Under the pieces are notes generated by a model that saw only the letters and a program-made list of their open reading frames with translations, was not told the origin of the DNA and did no database searches. Position numbers and translations under genes: made by a program. A stretch of 64,000 nt of DNA from Lama guanicoe (taxonomy: Eukaryota), in the NCBI GenBank assembly GCA_013239625.1, contig MU053933.1:3153817-3217816 (forward strand), in the 5' to 3' direction. Below are positions 18,561 through 31,479 of the stretch, one piece after another; within the stretch, counting starts at the first letter, position 1; every line of letters starts with the position of its first letter.

Positions 18561-20749
18561 GGCAACTTAGATCAGTCACAAATATGTGAGATTCCATAAA
18601 ACTTCCCTGTCAGAGCCACAGAAGTTTGGATTTCTTCCAGGCAAGAAAGCATCGCAAGAGCTGTGTCCCTGAGGATGAGACAGGCCAGTGTGCCGTCACG
18701 TCTGTGGGAAACGTTCACGATTTAGGCGTCGGACCCAGCAAGGACCCAGAAGACTGCTGACGGGGGGTCCAGCCGCTGCCGCGGGGGCCGGGCCGTGGGC
18801 AGCGAGGAGGCGGCTCCCTGTGGTCGGCGTCCTGACACCAGGCTCTGATCTTCGGAAACCTTGTGGGGCTCTGGGGTCCATCTTGGCTGCAGCAGGAGGT
18901 CCCCCAACCCCGACGCCTGGGTGGGGGCGGGGCCAGCGTGTTCTCCTCCTCCTCAGGGACCCCCCACCCCCACCCCAGGAGCGCAGGGGCTGCTGCTCAC
19001 CTGGGGCCCGTCGACCTGCGCCCCTTCGTGCTCCCTCCTGTGGCCAGGAGCCGGTGCCGCCGGGTGGGAGAGGAGGGGAAGGCGCTCAGCACGCAGGCCC
19101 CAAGGCCCGGAGAGCCCCAGCTTTCAAATTGTGTCAAACCAGCAGCCGAGCCCCCGTCCAGTGAAAAACTCCAGGAGCGAAGCCAAGGGAACGGGAGCTG
19201 TGCCGCGGGGCACCGCACCCCTCGCGCCCCCCCCAGGGAGGACCAAGCAGCCCCAGCCAGGGAGGGTCCCGGCGTCGCCACCCCGCCCCAGGGCGGCCTT
19301 CCTGGACACAATTTAGGCACCGCTTTCCCACTTCAGTTTCTGGACTACAATTAACAGGAAAAGGTGGCCTCCATTTATGGGTAAAAATCCCTCCGAGGGC
19401 CCTGCATGTGTGCGGGTGGGATTTAAAGGAAGTCGTTTACAGAAGAGGCACCATGTTTTCCTAGGGATACTTGTGATTTGCAAGAAAAAGAAGTTTTTCA
19501 GATTGCACACTTAAGGTGGCAATGACTTGTGCAGTCCTGGTTTGGGGGGCACTGGAGAAGCTTGAACAGAAAAAGTCACTGGTCTCTCCAGGGCATTCAA
19601 CCTCAGGAGGAGAGCCTTCTGCATCTGCAAGCTCCAGAGGAAGGTGAGCCCGAGTGGGAGGCGAGGCTGGTCACCTGGTGGTCAGCCTAGTGGTGGAAAC
19701 TGGCAGCTCCCACTCGCTCCTTTCCCGGAGCCCCCAGGTTTCCCTCCGTGGTGGGGGGCGCTACCTCGGGGCCTCGGCTCTGGGACCGCCCCCTCCCAGG
19801 CGCCTGAGGCCCAGGAGCTGCGCAGCCACACCTGCAACTGCAGAAGTTCCCTGCCCGTGCCTTGCAGCCCACCGCAAAGGACAGAAGCACGTTTGTGGAC
19901 AAAGTGGCTCTGGGTTCGGTTTCTAGAACTTTCCAAGCAGACGCTGAGCCTGTTAACAGTAAACACACCCATCCAGCTTGGAAGGAGTGATCGGAAAACG
20001 CTGTTGAATTACTTTGGCTTAGGGATCTAGCGTTTAATTTCAGTCCCAGATGTTAAGACGTGTTTAGAGTTCTTTATCCCCATGACATTCAAAAATATAT
20101 ACTTTCTATCATAAAATTTGAAACACACAGAAAACTTGAAAAAGTATGACAGAAAACTCCTGCAGTGTCGTGCCAGGTTGGCTGGAGCCCTGCCTCTGCC
20201 TCCGCCTCCGCCTCCGAGTCTCCCTCCCCCAGGATGTGAGAGGAACTTGCGGTCCCTGACGCTGCTCCCTGGACCCTGCCAGCGGCAATCTCCTTTTCTC
20301 CTAGAGCAAGGGCGTCCTCTTGCACAGACACAGAAGCAGCTCATCTCGGCCAAGAGTGTGCACATGAGCTCACGCGGTCCGCTGTCCACAGGCACCACCC
20401 CCACCCCGTGACCCTGAGGGTGTCGCGAGCAGCCGCGAATTCCTGGAGCGGATCCGTCTGGGCTCACACAGCACTTCGGCCCATGTTTCCTCGTCTTCTT
20501 CAGCCTCGAGCAGCTCTCCCAGTGTCTCCTCCAGAGCACTGCCTCTTTAAATTTTTATTTTTAGCTTATCCACTCTAAGATCCACTCTCCGTGGTGCTCA
20601 GTTCTGTGAGTTTTGACAAAGGCACCGTCACTCAAGACTCACACTGGGTGGTCACCCCACAGGCTCCTTCATGCCTCCCTCCTCTCCGTCCACGGAGGCC
20701 ACGATCTGTGCTCCACCTCATAATTCTGTCTTTGCCAGAAAGTCATCTA

Positions 20750-20905
20750 CAGGCCGACCTTGGAGGTACCGTGGGTCCGGTTCCAGACCACCGCAACAAA
20801 CAAATGACACGATAAAGCGAGACAGGAATTTTCTGGTTTCCCAGGGCATCCAGAAGTTATGTTGACCCTAGACCTGGTCTATTAACTGTGCACCCACCAG
20901 CATTA
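20750..20905. mobile_element. Tigger1 (TcMar DNA transposon) terminal fragment
   Basis: TA|CAGGCCGACCTTGGAGGTACCGTGGGTCCGGTTCCAGACCACCGCAACAAA matches the remembered Tigger1 end (CAGGCATACCTCGGAGATATTGCGGGTTCGGTTCCAGACCACCGCAATAAAG) and follows a TA target dinucleotide at 20748-20749. Confidence 0.85.
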
Positions 20906-20906
20906 C

Positions 20907-21525
20907 TGAAACGAAGCAGGACCCTGCGGGGCCTTCCCGGGAGCAGACTCCCACGTCCCAGTGTCCCCCGCATCTCATCCGCAGAAAAGCCTCAGCCTTC
21001 CAGGCCTTCCCCAAGCTCCAAAGGACGAATTTAATCAGAGATGAGGAAACGCAGAAACAAAGGAACAGTCAAGCAGGACAAAATAATCGTAGTTTAGCCA
21101 TAAAACAAAGTCATGGACCATTAGCTCCTCTTCAGGGCTGGAGATGATGTCCTGAGCTGCACCCTTGGGCTGTTTTGCAGCTACTGAAACCCCGGTGGGG
21201 CGGTGGGGTTGGCTACACGCCGCCCACCAGCTCGCAAACCCCAGACCAGCTGGAACCAGGCGCTGATGACTGGGAGTCCCAACATCACGGCTCCCTCACC
21301 ACCAGCCAGTCAGGGAAATGCGCACAAGCTGATCGCACAGCCTGCGGCCCCCTCCCTCACCGTCCTTAAAAACCCTTCCTCAAAAGCCGTCAGGGAGCTC
21401 GGGTCCTCTGAGCACGGGCTGCCCGTTCTCCCTGCTGGGTGCCTGCAGTAAACGCTGTGCTTCCTTCACCACCACCTGGGGTTAGTGGCTTTGCTGCCCG
21501 GCAGGTGAGCAGACCTGAGTCTTCA
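20907..21525 (+). mobile_element. Solo ERV LTR (ERV1-like, laurasiatherian type)
   Basis: Starts TGAAACGAAGCAGGACCC, with typical blocks gctgttttgcagctactgaaacccc, a TATA-like cttaaaaaccc (~21365), a poly(A)-like agtaaa (~21447) and U5-like ggcaggtgagcagacc. Family recalled from memory. Confidence 0.7.
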
Positions 21526-21536
21526 AGAAGTTTTTA

Positions 21537-21630
21537 GGTGGGAGGGTCTAGCTCAGGGGCAGAGCACGAGCTTAGCATGCAGGAGGTCCTGAGTTCAATC
21601 CCCAGTACCTCCATTAAAATTTTTAAAAAG
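21537..21630 (+). mobile_element. Camelid tRNA-derived SINE (vic-1-like)
   Basis: gggagggtcTAGCTCAGGGGcagagc...cttagcatgc..gaggtcctgaGTTCAATCCCcagtacctccattaaaa; same family as the copy at 18179. Confidence 0.88.
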
Positions 21631-21687
21631 ATTTCAAGTGATATTTTTATGGTAAAATATGTACAGCATAACATTTATCATCTCAAC

Positions 21688-22181
21688 CTTTTTTGGCTGA
21701 AGTACAGTCAGTTTACAATGTGGTGCTAATATGTGGAGCACAGCATCATGTTTCAGTCATGCCTGTACATGAATATATTCCTTTTCATGTTTTTCATCAT
21801 AGGCTATTGCAAGGTACTAAGTATAGTTCCCTGTGCTGTACAGTAGGACCTTGTTTATCTGTTTTACATACAGTGGTGAGTATCTGCAAATCTCGAACTC
21901 CCAGTTTATCCCTTCCCACCCCTTCCCCACTAATAACCATAAGTTGATTTTCTGCATCTCTGAGTCTGTTTCTGTTGTGTAAATAAGTCCATTTGTGTCT
22001 CTTTTTAAGATTCCACATGTAAGTAATACGGTATTTTTCTTTGTCTGGCTTACTTCACTTAGAATGACGATCTCCAGGTCCATCCATGTGGCTGCAAATG
22101 GCATCGCCTTATTCTTTTTATGACTGAGTAGTATTCCATCGTGAATATATACCACATAGTCTTTATCCAGTCATCTGTCAG
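21688..22181 (-). mobile_element. 5'-truncated LINE-1 3' end inserted into an older L1
   Basis: ORF 21817..22155(-) contains KKNKAMPFAATWMDLEIVILSEVSQ (L1 ORF2 C-terminus). Flanked by the degenerate duplication atcatctcaac (21677-21687) / accagctcaac (22182-22192). Confidence 0.88.
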
Positions 22182-22580
22182 ACCAGCTCAACTGTCTGTA
22201 AGTGCTCAGCTCAGTGGCATTAAGCACATTCACACTGTTGTGTGCCCGTCACCACCACCCACATCTCCAGAACTTTTCATCTTCCCGAATTGAAACTCTG
22301 TCCCCGTTGAACACTAAGTCCCCATCTGCCTCCCGCAGCCCCCGGCCCCCACCGTTTGCTTCCTGTCTCTGTGGCCCCGACTCCCCCTGGTACCTCACAG
22401 AAATGGACCCAACTGTGTCTGTCCTCTCTGCCTGGCTTGTGTCACTGAGCACCACGTCCTCCAGGCTCATCCACGAGGTGGTCTGTGTCAGACCCCCTTC
22501 CTTCTGGGGCTGCATGATAGTCCATCGTGTGGACGGACCACGCTTTGTTTATCCTGTCACCCATCCATGAATACTTGTCA
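22182..22580 (-). mobile_element. L1MB-like 3' end remnant (its other part lies at ~21640-21687)
   Basis: cagtggcattaagcacattcacactgttgtg...ctccagaacttttcatcttccc...gaaactctgtcccc, characteristic of L1MB 3' UTRs. Confidence 0.8.
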
Positions 22581-25500
22581 ATTTACACTATTTTCTTCCT
22601 GAAAAGGTAACACATGTACTTAGATTTTTAAACCTTCAGGTAAAACAAACGACAGAGTGGAAAGAAAGTCTTCCCACCACACGGACCCCCAACCCTTGCA
22701 ACAGGACTGTAAGACACAAATGGGCCCAAGCCCATGCTGTCTGGCTCCTCCCGGCCCCTCCCTGGACTCCCAGCGGGTGTGGGCCTGGCCCTTATGCTGT
22801 CGCTGACCCTCAGGGGCAGGCTGGCCGCTCCCCGGCTGAAACCTGCACCATGGGCCTGTGGAGGGGCTGCCGGGCGAGCAGCGGCCGCCCGCGGGTGCGT
22901 ATCCCAGGCCCCGGCGGAAGCCGACTTGCTCGGACTCCGGTCTGTGGACGAGGCTCGGCAGTTTACCAAGATCCTCCACTTCATCCCATTATTTGTCTGG
23001 ACTGACTCAGCCTTTCATTTCCTCTCATCTGTGCATATTTCCTTTTCTCGTTTTAAAATTCTGTGTTTCTTTCTCTGTCTGTTCTTGCTGGAGTTACCAG
23101 TGTGTCTAGTTATTTTATTGCCTTTTTCCCCCAAAGATGTGCTTTTAGATTTTTTCATTGTTCTGTTACATTTCTATTTCAGTTGCTCCATGTTAATTTT
23201 TATTAATCCTTTCTTCCGTTTTAAGTTTTGTTTTCACACTTATCACAGTGGAAATCAGCCTTGCTCACACCCACCCGTCACCTTCGGTGAGGCAAGTGTT
23301 TTAAGACGCGCCTTCTTTAACACGTAGGTTAACCATGTCCCAGTGGCTCTAGTGTTTTTCTTTATATATTATGTTCTAATTAGCCTGTCTCTGGAGCCTT
23401 GGTGCATTTGAAACCAGTGAATAGTGGAGAGTTTGCTGGGGGTTCCTGGTAGATTCTTTCCCCCTATTTTCATTGTTAATGTTTTTTTTTTTTTAGTATT
23501 TTTGCACTTAAACTACAGAAGGCAGTGTCTACATTTACTGAGCTTTTCTTTGTCTCCTTAAACACTCGAAGAGAAAAATGTACCCTTTTCTCAGGGTGAG
23601 GAATTCTTGGATGAAACCATTAATCTCCAAGGTCTGATGGGCCCAGAGACGTCGGTGCACAAGGTTTCCGTTGCTCTCGGGAGCGACACCACCACCTGGA
23701 GGCCTGCGGCGTCGCCGTCCGGGCCTCGGCCTGTTTTCTGCCTCCACTTGCCTTGGACTAAGGAGCGAATCAGAGCCTTTGTTGCTTTTGTGTTTCTGTC
23801 CTTCTTTTACTTGCTGTTTTGCTTCGTGTCCTTGGACGCTGTTCTCTGGTTCTTGTCCCTGCCTCCTTAGTGTGACCCCAGCCACCGTGACCTGCCCTCT
23901 CCTCCTGGTCTCGCCCTGTCCGTCCAGCCTCCACCACTTACCTTCTTCCAGCCATGCTTCCTACAGAAGGACGCGCTTTCCCACACATCCTGCCGAACGG
24001 CTTTCTCCAACAGGTCGTGAGTGGGAAGAGGAGGCCCTTACTGGGGGGTGGGGAGGTGCAGCCGAGCAGGACCCAGAGCTTGCTGCAGGGCCTTGGGCCC
24101 TGCCCGACGGGCACCCCCGAGTGTCCTGGCCAGGACACCCTCAACTCCCCATCGGGGCCGATGTTGGAAAGGAGTTCTGGGGTCCCCAGCCCCACGTGAG
24201 AATTACAGCCACTCCTGGTGAGAGAAGCAGCCACTGGGCAGAGCTGCCCCTCTTGCTGTCAGCTGGAGCCACCTGGCCCCACCTGGCCCCCACCAGGCCC
24301 AGGCCTATGTCCCCATCCCCACAACGCCCCTGCATGCAGATGAACAGGGTCCTCCCCTCCCCTCCACCCTCCCGGCTCCAGCTCTCTGCTCAGGGAGGGC
24401 GTGTGGAGGCCGCGTCCTCCCAGTGACGTGCTGACCAGGGTCTCCTCATGGGTTCTAGCCCCTCGTGCCTCTGGTCATGAGGGTTTCAGTGCCAGTGGCT
24501 CTCGGTTGTGGACGTGCCGCGAACTGGCTGCTGTCACTGTGCAGAGAGGGGAGAGAAATTACGCGTGTGTACCTTCGCTGTCTTTGTCGGCCCTGCATTC
24601 TTCCCCTTCGACGCGAGTGGGGGCAGTGGGGGGGCGCCCTCTAGGACGGTGTTTCCAGGCGGCCCCGCCTCTGGGCTGGACGTGAACTGCCGACGGCAGC
24701 CCGCAGGCAGGAGCCTCCACAGCCCCGTGACCTCAGAGCTGGGGTCACGCTCTGGTCCTGTCCTGCCTTGCAAGCCTGGGAGCAGGACGGGGACAGGGCA
24801 TGGGGCACAGGGGCGGGGTGGGGGCGGGGCCTCCTTACCCCAGGGCATCCCAGCACGAGGCACACCCTCAACGTGCCGACACAGAGCAGGAGCTGGACCA
24901 GTGTGCCTGCTTGCCTGCCCGGATGAAGGTTCTGGGCCCCTCCACCCACGGGACAGCACAGCCCACGGCCAGTGCTCGGCTGAATCCCTCGGACACGGGC
25001 CCTGAAGTGGAGCCGGGGGAAGCCTGGGAGGTCAGCTGCCTGCTGGCCCCGGGAGGAGGTGGCTGGGGTGGGCCATGTGTCTCCTCTGAGGAGCCAGTTA
25101 GGGGCCACCCAGCCAGGACGCCCAGGAGCTCCCTCCCTAGTCTGTGGGCACGTCTGCGGCCACTGCAGGGAGATGGGCCCCGCCACCTGCAGCTTAGGTG
25201 TCCTTCCACTGCGTCCGACCTCACAGCTCAGCTCAGGGGCCGGGTAATGGACCGGGTGCAGGCCCTGTTGTCCGGCAAATCCTTCACTGAGTAAACTGGT
25301 GTGTGACAGCCTCCCCCAAACCCAGGCAGGCAGGGCCCCAGCTGAGGACTCGGGCCAGGGACAGGCCTTGGGGCCTGGCTCTCGTGGTCCGGTCACCCCA
25401 CGGCTGCCACTCTCTGCCCTTGCGGCCATCTGGCCCTTCACGGGAAGGCTGTGCACCCTAGGCCCGCCCAGCTGTGTCAGGCCCTCCAAAGACAGGCAGT

Positions 25501-28500
25501 GAGGAATGGCCCCGCCCCCTCCCGGAAGGCCCTCCCCGCCTGCTGCCCTCCCCTGCCCCCTCCCAGCAGGTCCCACGGAGTGGGAAGGAGGCCGTGGGCT
25601 GAGGGGGTCGACGGGGGACGCCGAGCCCCGTTCCTGCTCCAGCTGCTGCCAGAGGAAATCCGAACTAAGGCTCCCTCTGGGAAATGCTCTTAGTGAGAGA
25701 AACAAGATGAATTATGACTAAAGTAGCCCTTTCCCCAGCCAGCTGTGCTCCCGGGGGTGGGCTCTGTCCCATCCTGAAGTGTCTTTAACAGACGAAGTTG
25801 GGCTCAGTGGACGCTTTGTCCGACGTCACCTGTCCCCATCCCGACGCTGGGTCGCAGGCCCCAGCTCTCATGTAGGGTGGGTGCTGTCCATGGATTCCAA
25901 GGGTCCTGGGACTGTCATCAAAGCACATGGCTGGGGCCCAAAGACGCTGCACATTTCAGTCCTGGTCCTGGTTACTCAGAGCCCGGCAGTGTGCGTGGCG
26001 TCGGGGCAGAGACGCCCTGCGCGGCGGCTCCGAGCTCCCTGGCGCCCTCGGTCCCCAAGCTGCCCCGCGGCTCGGAGGCGGAGTGTCTGCAGATGGACTG
26101 CCCGCCGGGAGCACGGCTCGGACTGTCTCTTTTCCCGTCACCCGGACATTTTTGCTTACATCTTCCCAGCCTCACACGGCAGCTCCTCTGCAGGCCGCAT
26201 ACGTGTGTCCCCAAGCCCTGGACCCTCAGCCTCTGCCTGGAAGCAGCTCCTTCATCCACCCCTGCCCTCTGCAGGGAGCCGGGCCCCCAGCTGCGCACCC
26301 TGGGGACGAGGTTGCTGCCGAGAGAGACCGAGTGCAGAGGACGGGAAGCCGCCCTGACGTCCTCGCGCTGCAGCCACCACGGCCAGTTGAGGCAGGTTCT
26401 CTCCTCGCAGCCGGGGGTGCGGCTGGCCTGGGGAGGCCCAGGTGTGCGCGCGGCAAGGCCCGGGCATCTCCAGAAAACCCTCACTCACAGGGCAGAGGCC
26501 CTGCAGCGCCTGTTGATGGAGACTGGATTTTTACGTGAAAACTGACATTGGTGCCTAATTGAAAAATTTTACCACCAGGCAGGGCCACCTGGGGGCTGCG
26601 TCTCCCCGAGGGGGTCATGTGCCCCCGGACACAGGGGCCTGAAAGTGTGGCGGTGGCTTCCGTCCACACGCGGCGAGGCCAGGGGCCCACATGCTGGAGG
26701 TGGGGTCGATGAGGAGGTGGAATGGGACAGTGTGTGGCTGGAGGGTGGGAGCCCCACAGGCCACGGTGTCCCCATGGGGGTGCCTTGGCCTGCCCCCCAC
26801 CCAGCAGGGCCTCTGGAGAACCACTGGGTTCTGGCCAGAGTCCGACTTCAGAAATGATGGCAGGGCAGCCCCGGGAGGACCAGGAAGGAGAGAACAGAGC
26901 AGCAGAGGAAGAGGGCCTGTTTCTTTCCCAAATGGCCCTGGTGGGTTTGGCTGGCCTGAGGTCTGGGGGCCCAGTCCAGGGTGGGTCGAGGAGGCTGGGA
27001 CAGGGCCGCCACCTCCGCCTGGGCAGGCAGGGTGCCCGGCCTGGCCAAGCCACCCAGTTGCTCATGTGAGGCCTGGCTGGCGCTCTGACAGCAACTCTGG
27101 GGCAGGCAGAGGGGTGAGGCCCTGTGGGGCTCTGCACAAACCCTGCTGAGTCAGGCAGAGGCCGTGGTCTCGCCGCCTCCGGGAATGGCCACGGTGCTCA
27201 GCCGCACTGCCCACGGCTCACCCCCAACCCCGCTCCCGTGCCCACACCCATGGGGCCCCAAGTTGCAGACACTGGGCGCCGAGCGGCCCGCAGACAGGCA
27301 GCCCCTCCCTGCTTCCCTGTGGCCTGGAGCGTCTGCTCCTTATTACATGCGGGGCTCCTCCCGCTATGCGAGGTGGGTGGGTGCTGTGTGGCATCCAGTG
27401 CTGACAGTGGCGCCTGCAGCTCCTGTCCTGGGCTCAGACCTGACCGGGGGACCACCACGTTGGGTCCTGTCTCCAAGACTTCCACAGAGTGGGCGCTCTG
27501 TCTGCTTCCTGGGGGAAGATGAGGACCCCAGACCTGCGATCTCGGGGACAGGCAGGGCCAGGGAGCCCGGCTCGCGGGAGGGAAGCTGAGCGGATGGCGG
27601 TGGTTCCCTGGCCTTCTCCTGAGGCTGGCTGGCAGCGCACCACGTGGGAGGAAACGTTTTCTGCCTCTGGTCTCCCCGAGGAAACCTGCCTTTGGCCGCG
27701 GGGCAGAGCCAGCTCAGAGCACAGAGGATGGCAGAGACCCGCAGGGCCCGCCGGGGTGCAGCCTGGCTCTGGTTTCCCGTTTGGGTGCCGGGCGCCCCGG
27801 CCATGCCGTCCGGCTCGATGTATTTCTAGTCAGTTCACAGAGCTGAGACAAGGTTTCGACCAGTCCTGCAGTCCCAGGCCCGTCTGTGTTCCTTTCTCAC
27901 CAGCTTTCCCGGCTCCATTAGTTCCCATTCACACCCTAAGGACCCCTCGGGAAGAGATCCAGCCAGATGTGAAACTGGGCCTGACTGTCTGAAAATTTGG
28001 CGAAAACCCAGCCGCCCTGTCTCAGCTGCACAAGCTCACAATGGGGCGGGAGCCGACGGCAGGAGGGAGGCCCCTGCCCTTGGTCTCCTGGGTGTGCATC
28101 TGACCTTCAGTAAACATGCAGCGAGGACCAGGAGGGAAAGCGTCACAGAACAGATAACCCGGGGAGAGGGCGGCCTGGAAGCAGGGCAGGGCCGGGCGGC
28201 AGGACGGGCTTCAGAGTCCGCCTGAGCAGGTCCTCTGCCCTGCAGCCCTCTCCGGGCCAGCTGGGGCCAAGTCCTTTTTCCAAGCAGCCCGTTAACTGAG
28301 AACCCGGAGCTGCCTTTGCTTTCTGGCGGGAGAGCAGGGGAGTCTGCTGGGAGAACACCTGGGTCGCGGTCAGAGTGACTGATGCTCCAGCCTGAGAGCC
28401 CTGCCCGCCGGGGAGGAGGGGCTGCCAGGGCCTCGGTGAAGGCACCAGCGACGCAGCTGGAAAAACGCTTACAGCCGCGGGCTGGAGCTGTAGAGAGGTC

Positions 28501-28879
28501 ATCTCCGCCTGGGGTCCACTGGGAAGGCGGATCGCGGCGAGACACCTGCTTCCGACACAAAGGCCCCAGGGAAGCACAGGAGCCTAAGGACAAAACTGCA
28601 CGGGGAGGTGGGGCTGGAGTGGGGCCGACGTCTGGTTAGGGTCCTCTGCCGGCAAGTTGCACGCAGGGGACCACGGGCGGGCCTGGCTGTTAAGCACCAC
28701 GTGTTCTCACGTTTGTAAATGAGATTTCATTGTCTCTTTTCTATTGTCTAAACGTGTGTTTATTTTAAAAATCAGAAAACAGAGATGAGCACAAAGGAGA
28801 GAGGCTGAACTTCTCCCTCATGCGGAGACGCCCCGGGCTTTGCCTTCTTTCCTTTTAAAAATATGTGAACTGGGTCGGG

Positions 28880-31460
28880 GGACCTCCTGGAATTGCAGTG
28901 GGAGGAGCTCAGAAGAACTCCTCAGGCCCTCGAAGAGCACCCGGGGCCTGTCAGGATGAGCAGGGGCGCCCGTTCGCTTAAAGATGCATTTATTCCACAA
29001 AACCTACAGAGGCTCAGTAAGGCCGCAGCCGTGGTGTTTGGGAGGGGGTGCACCCGCCCCACTCTGGGTCATGTAGAAGCCTTCCGGGGGGCTCGGCAGA
29101 TCTGTGGCAATGCCCGTCTCCCGGGTCCTGGGGCGGAGGAGCCAGCACTGCCTCCGGGGCAGGGGCTGCCCGTCCCCCACCCCATAGGTCCCACTGTACA
29201 GGGAGAATCCTGCCGGAGCAGCTGATGAAGTGAGGCCCTCCCCCAGCTTCCATTCCAAAGCCCAGAGGGTCTGCTATTCTGGACTTTACTTGGTCAGACT
29301 GGGAAGGGCCTGGGGGCACAGCCAAAACCGAAGTGCACCCAGCTGGGGACAGCAGCTGGACACGGGGCCAAGCCAGGCGGGAGGCCCTGGTGAGTCACTG
29401 CCGCTCCTGGTGGCCGTCGGGCTGTGCGTGAGCTCGGGGCTGTGCGCTTCCAGGGGCGAGCAGAGAGGGGGCTTCTGAGCGACGGGTCCCTGGCTGAACA
29501 CGGGCCAACTGTGAACACGGCCCCAAGTGTGACAGCAGCCTCCCAGCCACACGGACCCAGCAACAAAAGGCGGAGCTCTGCTGGCTGCTGGCTCGGGGGC
29601 TCAGAAGCCAGGCTTAAAGAGGACAGCGGGGGGCACAGACAGTGCCGCAGAGGGACCGGCTTCACTGACTCAGTCCGACCACGTCACTGAACAGACAAGG
29701 CGCTGGGCGGGGGTGGAGTCAGTGTTCAGAGCAGTGATATTGACCAAATGTCCAGTTTTCAACAAAAAATTATGATACATGCACAGAAACAAAAATCTGA
29801 CCCACGGGGGACAGGAAGGCAGGCAGCCGAAACCCCCTGCCGGAGCCCCGGTGTGAACTTGGCGAAGTTTGACGGCAGTTGTTACAAAGCGGTTGAAAAG
29901 CAGGGTGTTATATACATACGTTCAAAGAGCTGAAGGAAACCATGTCGAAGCTTCGAACAGTGAATATGAAGAGAGACGTGATCAGAAAGAGCCAAGCGGG
30001 GGAGGGTGCAGCCCAGCGGTTCAGCACGCGCTGAGCGCCTCCATTAAAAACAAATAAATGAACTGAATGACCCCCCAGATAAGAATTGATTAACTAATTA
30101 AACATCAATAAAAGAACCAAGGGTGCTAGACTTAGTGTGGTGATCACTGCAACACACACAAGTGTCAAACCACTACACTGCACACCTGAAACCAACACAA
30201 CGCCGCATCAGTGAGGCCTCAGAGACCAAGAACCACCGGGTGGAGAATCTGGGGCTGAAAGGCGTCATAACTGAACTGGAAGGCTGACCGGAGGGTCCCC
30301 CGCAGGTCTGCGCCGACAGAGGGACGAGCAGGGCGCCGGAGGCCTGATCAGATGAGATCACTTACCTCGAAGAGCTGAGGGAACGGAGGCGGGTGGACAG
30401 AGACTCGGGGAGACGTGGGCGCAGGTCCGCGCACCGCCCTGTGCGTGACGGGAGCACCAGAAGGACGGGGGAGAAGCGGGAGAAACAGTCAAGGAAAATG
30501 GCCGGAAACTGAGCGAGTCTGATGGAAAACACTGCTCTGCAAGTCCAAGAAGCCGCCCGGTTCCAAACAGGATAAACACAGAGAGACCCGCACGCAGACA
30601 CATCGTGGTCAAGGCGTCGAGGCCTGACAGCTCGGGCTTCAGTTGTTTTAAACTAGAAAATACTTTCGTTGTAAAACTGACCCGAGGCGGCGAGGGCGGG
30701 GCTGCGCGGAGGGTCAGGAGCCCGATCCTTCAAGCGGTGGTCTGTGCTCGGTGCCGCCCTGCGGGACAGGGCCCGTCTGTCCCCAGACGGGGCTAGCGTG
30801 CTGCATCGACAATGTAGGTGGACTTCAGAAACGAGGGGGCTGTCCGGGCGCAGCAGCCATGTTCTGCAGAGGCCGGGACGGGGCGGGAGCCCAGGGAGAG
30901 AGAGAGAACTTAGAAAGCAGTAGGAGAAAAATGACTGACGTGCAAGGGACCCCAGCGTACTGAAGCTGACTTCCCATCAGAAACAGAGGCAGACAAGTGA
31001 CATGTTCAAAGTGCAGAGAGTAAAAACTGCCAACCAAGAATCGTGTCCAGCAAAACCATCACTCAGAAATGAAGGTGAAAAAGATACTTGCAGGTGAACA
31101 GAAACTGAGAACGTCTGTTGCTGGCAGACCTGCTGCACAAGAGATGCTAAAGAGATGCCTCTGAGCTAACGCGCCTGACCCCACACAGTAACTCAGATCC
31201 ACACACACACAGCCCAAGCGCACCCGTGAGCTAATTGCTTAGCTAATTGTCCAGACAGCATCATTGCACATTTACTCTCCTTTTCCCCAACTGACTTAAA
31301 AAGCTCTTGCAGGAAACAATACCTGTAACATTGTGTTCGTGAGCCTGTAACACCTGTGACCATGTGACCCTTGACACTAAGGTCCCCAGCGAGAGCGGGG
31401 GGACTGACGCAGTGCTGGCAATGGCGACCCCTCAGATCACAGGAAGAAAGGAAGAGAATT
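28880..31460 (+). mobile_element. Old LINE-1 5' UTR and ORF1 remnant
   Basis: 30930-31130 (gggacccc..gctgacttcccatcagaaac..aactgccaaccaagaatc..ccagcaaaac..aatgaaggtgaaa) is a decayed ORF1p C-terminus (GTPIRLTADFSSET...CQPRILYPAKLSF.NEGE). 5' boundary approximate. Confidence 0.75.
29996..30110 (+). mobile_element. Camelid SINE copy with internal deletion (no B box)
   Basis: gggggagggtgcagcccagcgg...ctgagcgcctccattaaaaacaaataaat; target-site duplication aaagagccaa (29986-29995) / aaagaaccaa (30111-30120). Confidence 0.75.
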
Positions 31461-31479
31461 AAAAGTGATCAACAGACGG

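Noticed and set aside
21537..21615. Possible tRNA gene (A and B boxes present)
   Set aside because: Followed by an A-rich tail, and related diverged copies occur elsewhere in the window; it is a tRNA-derived SINE.
24641..25705. 354-aa minus-strand intergenic ORF, and similar 200-310 aa ORFs at 33200-34735, 40146-41455 and 52385-53320
   Set aside because: Overlapping ORFs in several frames on both strands, rich in P/G/A/R/S, with no recognisable motif; typical chance ORFs in GC-rich DNA.
29945..29956. 12-bp perfect palindrome TCGAAGCTTCGA
   Set aside because: Isolated, inside an L1 remnant, and expected by chance in 64 kb.
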